NCBI GenBank assembly: GCA_964016885.1
Contig: OZ024751.1
Location: 33,790,001-33,854,000 of the forward strand
Origin: Eledone cirrhosa
Lineage: Eukaryota
Direction of reading: 5' to 3'
Length of the DNA stretch: 64,000 bases
Position 1 is the first letter of the stretch; each line of letters starts with the position of its first letter. The notes under the pieces are model-generated. The model was not told where the DNA came from. It ran no database searches and saw nothing but the letters and a program-made list of their open reading frames with translations. Made by a program: the position numbers and the translations under genes. Positions 52,393 to 64,000 of this stretch are shown here, in pieces.

Positions 52393-53331
52393 GCGATGGT
52401 GGGGTGATAGTGTGTCGGAGGATTAGTTGGTTAGGTGACTACAAGCCTGAATATATGAGTACATGGTAGATTCACTAGAGAGTTATAGAAATGTCATGTA
52501 GTCCTGCTCACGTCAACTTGGCTTTTCACCCGTCTTGCCTCGATAAAATATGATACCACTAAAACATTTAATATAATCGACTTTCCTACTTTCAGAGAAT
52601 GTCGGTCATACATACTCGAACATACATATACACACATATGTACACATATATATACACATTCACACATACACACACATGTATATATATGTGTGAGTGTGTT
52701 TATATATGCTTACAGACTCATACATGCAAGCATACCTATTCACACACACATACTAACACACTATGCACACAGACACACACACATGCTCACACTCAACTGC
52801 TACCAGAAGAGAACTCTGTTGGAGAAGAAATACCAATTATTCCAAGACCCTTGTAACGTTACATCTGGTGAAATGTTGTCATTTCAGATTTACAAAACAT
52901 CTGTTGTTGTAGTTACCCGTGGCTTTTCTTTTCATCAGTTTTCTCTTGAAACGTGAAAACTGCCCTTTTTTTTATTGCAGAGAAATAATTAATATCAAAC
53001 TCTTCTCTACATATCCATCTTAACCCCCTATCTTAATATTTTGCTAGTTTACTTAGCTAGGTATACCTGTATCTATATATTTTCTCACCAAATTAGTTTA
53101 AGCCACCTACCTATATGTTTACAGACCTATCCACTGTATCAATGTTGCTATTTATTTAGCTATCTATCTACCTATACTCTTTAACCATGTACCTATGTAC
53201 TTAGCTATCAATCTATATAGCTATCCAGGGATGATAGCCCCAACACGTCTTCTCTTCCCTTTTCTTTCTTTCATGTTATTCTTTCACACTGTTCTTTTCT
53301 TCTATAAATATATACTTTCTTGTCTCTTCTA

Positions 53332-53366
53332 TCTTCCGATGAAGGACTTTTATCGGAAACGTTAGC
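53332..53366 (+). ncRNA. Degenerate minimal hammerhead
   Basis: TCTT-CCGATGA-A-GGAC...GAAACGTT, preceded by a pyrimidine tract like the 41468 and 41751 copies. Confidence 0.45.
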
Positions 53367-54132
53367 CTTTTTTCAACTAAAGTAAGCTTTATACTAATCT
53401 AGCATTATTGTATTGTATTTTTCATGTTAGCTCTTCTAATACTTCATCCCTAGCTGTTCCTTTAGCTGTCAATCAAGCTGCCTCAGACACTATCTACGAA
53501 GTATCCTACCTAGCTTTGTTCTTGCCTACCTAGCTATCTACCTACCTGTCAGACTATCAATCCAGTTATCTACCTAGGGCCCTAATTATATATATTTATC
53601 TATGTACATTTCCAGTTAATTAATAACTATAAAATGATGAAGATACGTACTGTTTATCTCCCCTATCATAGCGGTTCAACAAAACGAGTTCGATAAAATA
53701 AATACCTGACTTGAAAAAGTGTTGGGTTCGATAGTGACTAAATTCCTTCAAGGTTGTGCTCCAGTATGGCCGCAGTCTAATGATTGAAACTAGTGAATTA
53801 ATAAAAGACAGCCACAGCTATTCAACTATAAAAGAAGTTTTGAATTAAGAAATTCAATGATTCGAATAATTTCATAATTTAATAAGTAAAATAATATTTA
53901 ATTTTACGTATTCGAAATTTTTCTGAAACAACCAAAAAAAGTAATGCAGTAAAATAAAATATAATTAATTTCATTTTATAAAAAAAAAATATATATATAT
54001 ATATCCGTGTAACATACATAGGGAAAGAAAACATAAGAGTGTATACATGTTTGTCTATATTTATATATACACACACACATATATATTGTATATGTATATA
54101 TATGTGTGTGTATATCTAGCTATCTCTCCCCA

Positions 54133-54220
<88 letters not shown>

Positions 54221-54490
54221 ATATAGATATAGATATAGATTGTTTCATTCTCAATTAATAATTCCCAATTAAATTTGTAGTTTTTTTATCGAATTCCTAA
54301 TTATTTTGACAAGCAATTTTTTCAATAATTCCTTTGTTCAGATTCAACTAATAGGAGAGACATTTATATAATTATAAATTATTTATACCGGAAAACTAAT
54401 TATCCAATCTTGTGTCTTAAGACATCTATATTTTATATATTTCAATACTCTCATGTTATGGGAGAGATAGCTATATGTAAGGGTGTATCT

Positions 54491-54555
<65 letters not shown>

Positions 54556-55069
54556 GTGTGTGTGTATGCAAATCGACTTTTAAAAACAAAAAATTGAACT
54601 TAGAAAATGGAAAATATAAGAACAATAACAATATTACCAACAATAACATCAACAACATCAACAACAATAATGAGCAGATAGGAGGGTAGGAAGAATAGTG
54701 ATTCACATATTGTTTTTGGAAACAATATGTGTGCTTGAACAACTTCATAGAAACTATAATACGATCTTATTAAATAATTAATAGGAATTCAAAAGGAAGA
54801 ATATCTTCTGTCGTTGAAAACTTTTTTTTTTTTTTGTTTTCATCTCTGAATTAACAAGGATGATGTATAGAAAATATTGGGGCTACTATTAAGGCGAACT
54901 AGGTACAACCACATAAGGTACAGACCACTAAGAAGAGCAATGTTGAACCTGAAAGGACCAACATCTCATAAATATTTGAATACTTTAAATAAATTATATG
55001 TTAATTTACTGTAACACTTTCTCCGGCGGCAGATTTGTTTTCTAGATAAACTGAAAAACCACAAGCTTG

Positions 55070-55605
55070 TGATTGTGGTGGTGTTGGTGGTTGTGGTGGT
55101 GGTGTGGCTGCTGGTGGTGTCGCTGGTGGTGTAGGTGAAGGACGTGACGGTGGTGGTATTGTTGGTGTTGGTGGTTGTGGTGGTGGTGGAGGTGGTGGAG
55201 GACGTGACGGTGGTGGCATTGTTGGTGTTGGTGGTTGTGGTGGTGGTGGAGGTGGTGGAGGTGGTGGAGGACGTGACGGTGGTGGCATTGTTGGTGTTGG
55301 TGGTTGTGGTGGTTGTGGTGGTGGTGGTGGTGGTTGTGGTGGTGGTGGTGGTGGTGGTGGTGGTGGTGGTGGTAGTGGTGGTGGTGGAGGACGTGACGGC
55401 GGTGGCATTGTTGGTGTTGGTGGTGGTGGTGTCGGTGGTGGCATTGTTGGTGCTGGTGGTTGTGGTGGTGGTGTCGGTGGTGGTGGTGGTGGTGGAGGAC
55501 GTGACTGTGGTGGTATTGTTGATGTTGGTCGTTGTGGTGGTGGTGTAGGTGTTGGTGGTATTATTGTTGTTGGTAGTGGTGGTGTAGGTGTTGATGATGA
55601 TGATA
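55070..55605. repeat. (GGT)n repeat with higher-order ggaggacgtgacggtggtggcattgttggtg unit
   Basis: The gacgtgac unit recurs five times within (GGT)n. Confidence 0.93.
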
Positions 55606-55942
55606 ATTAGTGTCAACATCCGTTTCTTATTCAATGTTATAGTTTTTGGCGGCCATGTTAATTAATTTTCATTTTTTCTTATCAAATAGCGGAACGTGTT
55701 ATAAACACTGTCACACACATACACACAGATAGTCACAGACATACACACAGATAGTCAGATAGTCACACACATACACACAGTTAGATAGTCACAGACATAC
55801 ACACACAGTTAGATAGTCACAGACATACACACACAGACAGAGGCACCCACTCAGTCACAGCTACAGACAAACATACAGTCATATACTGACATACATACAA
55901 CACCACTCCATCCACCTTACTCTCATTTCAATAAAGACAAAC

Positions 55943-55978
<36 letters not shown>

Positions 55979-56283
55979 CTGTATGCGTGTGTTTGTGTGT
56001 ACAAACACACTTATGTATAGGCATACATAGATACAGAGAGGCGTAAAAAAACTCCTCCGTAGATATGATTGAATCAATACTGAGAGAGTGCAAGCGAGTG
56101 GACAGATGTGATAATGTGACGTGACTGAAGTGAAAATAGGAAGAATGGCCGATCATTAGGTGATAAATCAGGAAAGGAGACATGACCGAAAGATCGGAGG
56201 GAAGAAAGTACATGTCTAATGGCTGATGGTGAAAATAGAACATGACTTAAGAGAAGGAGAGGAGAAATTAGACATGACCGAGT

Positions 56284-56337
<54 letters not shown>

Positions 56338-56350
56338 GATGAGTATAACA

Positions 56351-56382
<32 letters not shown>

Positions 56383-58289
56383 ACCTATATATACATATCA
56401 ACATACATGTACAAAGATAGAGAAACAATCATATAATGTAGAGAAAGAGGGTTATAAACAGTTGTCACACCCAACCATGAAATAAAAAAAAATGGTAGAT
56501 TATCAGCAAAGCACGTTAGATTACGAATGTATCGATCCTTGACAATTATATTGATTCCTGACATAAGCACGAGGACTGAAAATGTGGTATAAAGGCTGGA
56601 AACTATAGTATAATCGATTATAACGACTGCCAATATTTGATTCGTTCTTTAGCTTTATCGATCCCGGACCGATGACAGGCAAAGTTGGCATCGCCGGAGA
56701 TTTAAAGTGGGATAATAATGATCATAATAATAATAACAGGTAAATCCTCGCAAGAGATGACAATTCAATGATGGGAAACCAATCGTGAGCTCCGCCAAAG
56801 GCCGACAAAGGAAGCCAGGAACCGACGTCTGCCATACATGTAGCCGTTACATGTTTGTCAGTATTGCATTCACCAAACATTTACGGACATATGGAAAATA
56901 AAAACTAATTACTTACCCCAATATGGCCTACATGTGGCTTCATGTGGCCTACATGTGGTCATCATTTCCATGCCAGAATATATTTCACAATCTATCTATG
57001 CATAACATTTCGAAAAACCTGTTAATCATGTATCGAAAGCCTCCATCTCCATCGATTACCAATAGATAAACGCAACCACAATTTCTGATAATAATATTGA
57101 TTTCTGAGAAATATTAGAAGGGCACATATTTTGATGAAGGGAGAAGTTAATCGATTAAAATCGAATCATGTTCCTGATTTGAAATTAATTATATGAATTA
57201 TCAAGTTAAATTTGACGTTGATGAGATTCGAAATATGAAAGTGTATGTGGTGTAAATACCTACCACAATACCTTTTGTTGAACGCTCAACTGATTCTACA
57301 AACCCACCACAATTTTCCTCAATGCTGCATTAACACTGACATTGTGTTCGATGCGCTACTGATTTAACCTGTGATCTCAATTTTACCGTGAAAAAACATC
57401 ATAACGGTTTTCTAGCTTATGTATAAGGGATATATGCATGTATGAGTCGGTGACCCCAGCTGATATTGTAAGAGCACTATCAACGTGGCAGAACCCATTC
57501 CCGCTCCAGGTCGGAACAGACGATTTCTTCCAGAGAAAGAGAAAGAGAGGGAGTGGTGTGAAAAGGAGACATAGAAGAATAATTGATCCCAGTAATGAAC
57601 TGGTACATATTTTATTGACCTCGGCGAGATTTGTATTCACAGATCACTGAAAGGCAGAACAAGTAGCACAGAACCTTCTCTCCGACGTTCCTCCGCCCAA
57701 TCTTCTCCTCTCCTCTTTCAATTCGCCGCACCATCAGAGTTACAACAGATTGTTAAATCGATTTCGGTTCCTGAGAGATACTTTATATTTATTGTTCCAG
57801 AATGATGGAAGCTAAGATCGATCATGAAAGGATTCGAAATCAGAAAGTAACGGACCGTAACTAAACGCATTTTATCCCACGCTCCTCAGCAATAATATTG
57901 ACATTTTCATATGGGAAAAATAATCTCATATTGAAAGACGTATTTTTGGCGTATATTTCAGACTGTGATCACAATACACAGTTAACTGTCTTCACTCTAA
58001 CATCATGTCTAGATTAAGCAGTGTTTGTTAATTCAGATGTTTATAGTATATATACTACTGGATAGATCGTGCTGAGAATTTTCTTCGGGGTTTAATGTGA
58101 TGCATTTATAGTGCTGTTTTATGTTTCAAGAATGGTTTGATAAGGTTTAATGCAATTCAAGACTTCGAAAGTTGAGAAAAGATCAGACTCTACCTGAACA
58201 AACAAACGCGGTGAGTGCAATGCTGGGGTCAATTACTAATAAACACTCTCTTACAATCATTGATACTTTCAGTCATACGACGTAGTCAC

Positions 58290-58840
58290 TAACTCTACTA
58301 GAAAATGTCTGCCAAATCTTCCTCAAACAAGGTACTACAATATTAAAGAGAATGATATATTAGATAATGTAATACTTGATGCTGTATGACTCATTTGAAA
58401 TATACACAAGTCTGCTTTTGATCAACAGTTGAATCAATTAATGCTGACTTCATGCTGAACATAATCTCCAGATGTGGAAGATATGCTGGCTCAATAAGTT
58501 AGAAATAGCTGTTAAATTCCCGTTAAATCATACTTTAATGATTTTAAAATGGAAGCATGCATTTGTAAGATCTACTTTGTCTTAGAAGAAAAAAGGACAT
58601 GATGGTCACTTGTGTCAGATCTTTGATCTTTGTTATAATATACCAAGACTTATCCGGACCTGAAAGTCGTGGACACCTGCTATTTAATATATATTAGAAA
58701 TAGTTGCCCAATCTTAGATACACTATCCATAGTATTAGATACACTATCCATAGAAAACAGACACACCAGAAGAACAGATAATTTGTGGCTGGAAGGACTT
58801 TGATCATATGATCAAGACTATCCCAGGGCTCAAACTGTAA
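58290..58840 (+). repeat. Degenerate tandem copies of a dispersed repeat
   Basis: tagaaa(t)ag..gc.aaat-type start recurs at ~58299, ~58500 and ~58695, followed by related sequence. Confidence 0.4.
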
Positions 58841-59293
58841 CAAGACTAAATCATTTAGACAACAAAGACCTTAAACCAACCCTAGAAATTATCGAAATTG
58901 CAACAGTTTATGTAAAATGTCGAGCAATTATCCCCTCTTATTTTAGATGATATTACATTTGCAAAACTATATAATTTCTAGTAATTTATTATTTAAGTGT
59001 TGGGAAATATAAGTAGATTTTTTTCTCTGAAAATTCAATGAGGAGTTGAGATCTTTTCTCTGTATACATTCATCAATTGATATTCATTATCTTCTCCTTT
59101 GAAGTTGAAAGATTGCTGCCAGCGTTGGCAGTTTCATCTTGAAAAAATTTCTCTTGAAGAGAACCATTCACCATTCATTCTCTCTAAATTCCCTGTCTTA
59201 ATATGTATTGTCAGTATATACAAACGTTCTTTAGATTAAAAACCAATTGACTGGCATCAGCGATACCTTCTAACATAAAAATTGTTATATCTA

Positions 59294-59371
<78 letters not shown>

Positions 59372-59604
59372 TGCTAATTGGGAGAGGAAATGGTGTATAT
59401 ATTATCAAATGATTCTATGGACATACTTTATAGTTATATTATATATATATATATATATATAGTGACTCACCATGGTCACCCGGATAGTAAATCAAGTAAT
59501 ACAGAATGGAATCATACCAATTAACTGGCACAATTAACAGGGCACAGGAGACGTTCTAGATAGAGAAAACTATAGAGGCATTAGGTTAGTTGACCAACTC
59601 TTTG

Positions 59605-59685
<81 letters not shown>

Positions 59686-60539
59686 CATGTATGTATGTAT
59701 GTATAATATATAAGCATTGGTACAGTAATATGTATTTGAAAAAGAAAAAGAATGACTTCATTGCTGTGGTTTTTCAACAAGTCATTCTTCTCTTTTGATC
59801 CTGTAAAAATTACTTGAGTGTTCAGTTATATGGACAACTACACGTGTGCCTGCCGTGTTTCCTTCGTGGGCCGAAGTAACCCCTCCCTAAGTCAAACTGG
59901 TACTAATGAGCCCCTGACTCTCTAATGAGTCAACCAAACAAGCTATCATAGTCAATACTTCCATTGGATTATCAAAGTAGACCAACCACTATTGCAGCCA
60001 TAGATACTGGTAGATGTCGCTGTCGTCGCCGTTGACATGCTTCTTATGTTTAGGTTGTATAATGATGATGATGATGATAGTTACAATATAGTGATGATGA
60101 TGATGATGATGATTACAATATAGTGATGATGATGATGATGATAGTTACAATATAGTGATGATGATGATGATGATGATAATTACAATGAATATAGTGATGG
60201 TGGTGATGACTATTATGATATTTATATTGCTGCTGATGATGATGATGATAAATCATGTAGGCGACTATATTGTTGATAATGGTGACATAATGATTATAAG
60301 GATGATGATGATGATGATGAGGAGGAGGAGGGGGGAGTAGGAGGATGTTATAATTATGATGATAAAATTATCACAATGATGATGATGATGATGTTAATGG
60401 TGACGATGTTAATGGTGATGTTAATGATGATGGTAATGGTGATGACGATGGTGATGATGTTAAGTGTTGCATTACTTTCAACTTACCTTCACATTAAATA
60501 TCCATTAATATTATTTGAAATTTATGTTTCACTTTTATG

Positions 60540-61000
60540 TTTATGTGGTGTATATAGTATGTGTATATATGTGTATATATATATGTCTGTATGTGGTGTA
60601 TATATGTATATATATATGTCTGTATGTGGTGTATATGGTATGTGTATATATGTGTATATATATATGTCTGTATGTGGTGTATATAGTATGTGTATATATG
60701 TGTGTATATATATGTCTGTATGTGGTGTATATAGTATGTGTATATATGTGTATATATATATGTCTGTATGTGGTGTATATAGGTGTACATACCTGTCTGT
60801 ATGTGTTTGTATATATGTGGTGTGTATTTATGTATATACCTGTCTATATGTGGTTGTATATATGTGGTGTATATACCTGCTTGTATGTGTTTTTATATAC
60901 CTATCTGTATGTGTTTGTATATATGTGTATATACCTATCTGTATGTGTTTGTATATATGTGTATATATCTGTCTGTATGTGGTGTATACATGTGTGTACA
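60540..61000. repeat. ~48-bp TG/TA minisatellite
   Basis: atgtggtgtatatagtatgtgtatatatgtgtatatatatatgtctgt is repeated and degenerates 3'. Confidence 0.85.
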
Positions 61001-61069
61001 TATATTTGTATATATTTATGTATATGTAATGTATATATATCTATTTATTTGTATAGGTTATATGCAGTA

Positions 61070-61131
<62 letters not shown>

Positions 61132-61215
61132 ATTGTCGCTGGTATTGCTTCCTTTGTTAATCCTGTTAGTGTTGGGTTTTTTCACGATTTAATTATTGTT
61201 GTTCCTGGGTTTCTC

Positions 61216-61301
<86 letters not shown>

Positions 61302-62208
61302 TATATATATATAGATATATATATATATTTATGTAGAGATATATATATATATTAAATATATCTATGACTTCGTCTAGTTTATATGTATATACCCTTTAAA
61401 TTTTATATATATATATATTAATATAGAAAAGCTTCTACAGGACTAGAACTGTTTTATTCGTGAAAAATCATCACCGGAATAACTTATATATATAAATATC
61501 TATAGCCACGTGTTTGTATTAGATATTTACACCACAATAAAATACAATAAACGTAAAGAAAAAATAGAGTAAATTTAAAATGAAATACAAAGAAAGATCT
61601 CTCTCTCTCTATATATATATTTTATTTTTTTTTGTATGTGTGTTTGTATGTGTAAGTATGTGTGTGGGTATCTATATATAGACTTTCAATGGCAGATATA
61701 TACATAGAAATAAACTAACAAAAAAGATGGAGTCATTTAATGGAGAGGACATTTCGATTAAAATTCGATAGTTGGCATGTAGGAGGAGAGATTTGATAAA
61801 GTGTCACTTGATGTGTCTTTGTCTTATATAGTTCTATGTTATAATTTCTAACGGAACAACACATTTCATGCCAACTGTTGTCGTCTGCCTCCACTCACCT
61901 CCTCCCCCTCACCTCCTCATCCACTAACCTCCTCCACTCACCTTCTCCTCCACTCACTTCCTCTCCCTCACCTCCTCCTCCACTCACCTCCTCTTCCACT
62001 AACCTCCTCCTCCACTCAACTCCTCTCCGTCACCTCCTCCTCCACTCATCTCCTCCTCCTCACCTCCGCCTCCTACTCCTTGGAACATAACTAGAACCAA
62101 ACACAACGAATACATATATTATATACATATATGTGTGTGTGTGTGTGTGTGTATGAGTGTGTGTGTGTGTGTGTGAGAGAGTGTGTGTGTGTGTGTGTAT
62201 GCGATGTG

Positions 62209-62248
<40 letters not shown>

Positions 62249-62583
62249 CAGACACATGTTTATATAGTAGGTTTGATTTGAATAACTTAGGCTGAATCAA
62301 AGATAAAATATCATAAATCTGTGAAGATTGTATGAATGTGTTGGTGACTATATATATATATATATATATTTGTGTGTGTTTAAACAATCATTGATACGTG
62401 AAAAAATGTAGGCTTTGGTGTGTGCATATATTTATGTGTATGTGTGTGTGTGTATGTTTAAACAATCATTCATACGTGAATGTTGCGAAAAGAGGTTATT
62501 ATTTTCTTGTTCCTCATCCAAATGTTGCAGAGCAATGCCAAAATGGTAATATAGATAAATATATATATATATATATTTATATA

Positions 62584-62637
<54 letters not shown>

Positions 62638-62677
62638 CAGATAATACGTACATATACATACATATACATTCACATTC

Positions 62678-62712
<35 letters not shown>

Positions 62713-62777
62713 AACATATATGTATATATATATATATATATACATACATATTTGTATATCTATAGAGATAGATAGAT

Positions 62778-62798
62778 AATTTTCTTTTTATTTGCCAC
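62778..62798 (-). mobile_element. ~21-bp 3' tail of the Tx1-like LINE in (GATA)n
   Basis: Minus strand tatctatct-gtggcaaataaaaagaaaat-tatctatc matches the tails at 31556-31574 and 33631-33648. Confidence 0.6.
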
Positions 62799-63208
62799 AG
62801 ATAGATAGATAGAAAGATATATGTTTATATATATGTGTGTGTGTGTGTGTTCGTGTGTGCCTGTGCGTGTCTGTGTCTGGTTTTGTATGTATGTGTGTAT
62901 GTGTTCGTGTGTGTTACCATCTAACATTGCAATGATTATGAATACATTAAAGTCACATTTTTTTCCTTTCCTTAAAAGGAATGACATTTAACCTGACCAT
63001 ATTTCTAACAGAAAGCTTGCATTCCATGTGATACATGGGATTAAAATGAATGAGATAGATGGCGCTGTTGTTGTGATGCTGTATAATGATATTAGATGGA
63101 GTATTTCTTGCGGGAAGTATCTGTGAATATTTTCGTCGGTCATAACGGATTTCAGGAGGACTTTTCCACTTTAACGCTTCATGGATAGGTAATCAATCAG
63201 AATCACAT

Positions 63209-63269
<61 letters not shown>

Positions 63270-63408
63270 GAGAGAGGGGGTGGAGGGGCATAGATATACA
63301 CATATAGAAACAGTTGAGTAAGGTGACATTTTACGAGAATGTTTAGAGTACATGCATATATATATATGCACATATATATATATGCATATATGCATATATA
63401 TATATATA

Positions 63409-63482
<74 letters not shown>

Positions 63483-63529
63483 TATATATACATATTGTAT
63501 ATGTGAGAGAGAGAGGTAAAGGTAAAATC

Positions 63530-63650
63530 CCGACCGCGGCACCAAGCGCTGTCAGCTTTTGTGTTCAGCAAGCCTACATACATACTTCGGCAGTTACATA
63601 TATACATACGTAAATCCAAGCTGACGTCATTGCCCACAGCCAATAAAACT
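63530..63650 (+). promoter_or_regulatory. Candidate regulatory element (CRE + CCAAT)
   Basis: TGACGTCA at 63622-63629, CCAAT at 63640-63644 and a CpG-containing patch at 63530-63550. Motif evidence only. Confidence 0.2.
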
Positions 63651-64000
63651 ATTTCTTTTTGTTTTAACATTGTTTTATTTATCTTTATAACTCTCCACAT
63701 TACAACGTTTGTAACATACATTACACCCTCCTCCACAATATTGAATACAAGATGAGATCTAAACGAATTTGGAGAATTGGCCAACGTCGTCCCAATAGCC
63801 TCTCTCTCTCTCTCCTTCGCTGTCTCTCTCTATCCCTCCTTCGCTGTCTCTCTCTGGCTTTCTCTCTCTGTTCCAAGATGTCTTTCGGCCGGATTTAATT
63901 GAGAGAATCATATCAGAATGTATTAATTAAACATCCTGATCTCCAGCCTAACCCCGGGTAATATTGTAATTCCAAGGGTAGCGAACTAAAGTTAACTTCC

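Noticed and set aside
54966-55634. Thr-rich mucin-like or Gly/Pro-rich ORFs
   Set aside because: Derived from a (GGT)n repeat open in several frames; no convincing exon boundaries, although a mucin exon cannot be fully excluded without RNA data.

Overview
Eukaryotic, very AT- and microsatellite-rich window that looks intronic or intergenic, with a 200-N assembly gap at 10827-11026. The repeat repertoire resembles a cephalopod (octopus) genome; this is an inference. Almost all ORFs in the track are translations of simple repeats. The only clear protein-coding remnant is a 5'-truncated, disabled L1/Tx1-clade retrotransposon (31660-33648) inside a (TATC)n tract, and two tiny 3'-end copies of the same family also sit in (TATC)n/(GATA)n tracts, suggesting a GATA-microsatellite-targeting LINE. 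The window also holds hammerhead-ribozyme motifs (one nearly complete at 3129-3224, minimal ones at 41468-41503 and 41751-41786) and four fold-back inverted-repeat structures typical of Penelope-like elements. Other features are two inverted copies of a ~600-bp RTE-like element with a possible HDV-like ribozyme, tRNA-derived SINEs (two with target-site duplications), a 43-bp minisatellite of ~39 units, and two candidate spliced exons on the + strand. There is no CRISPR array and no complete host gene.
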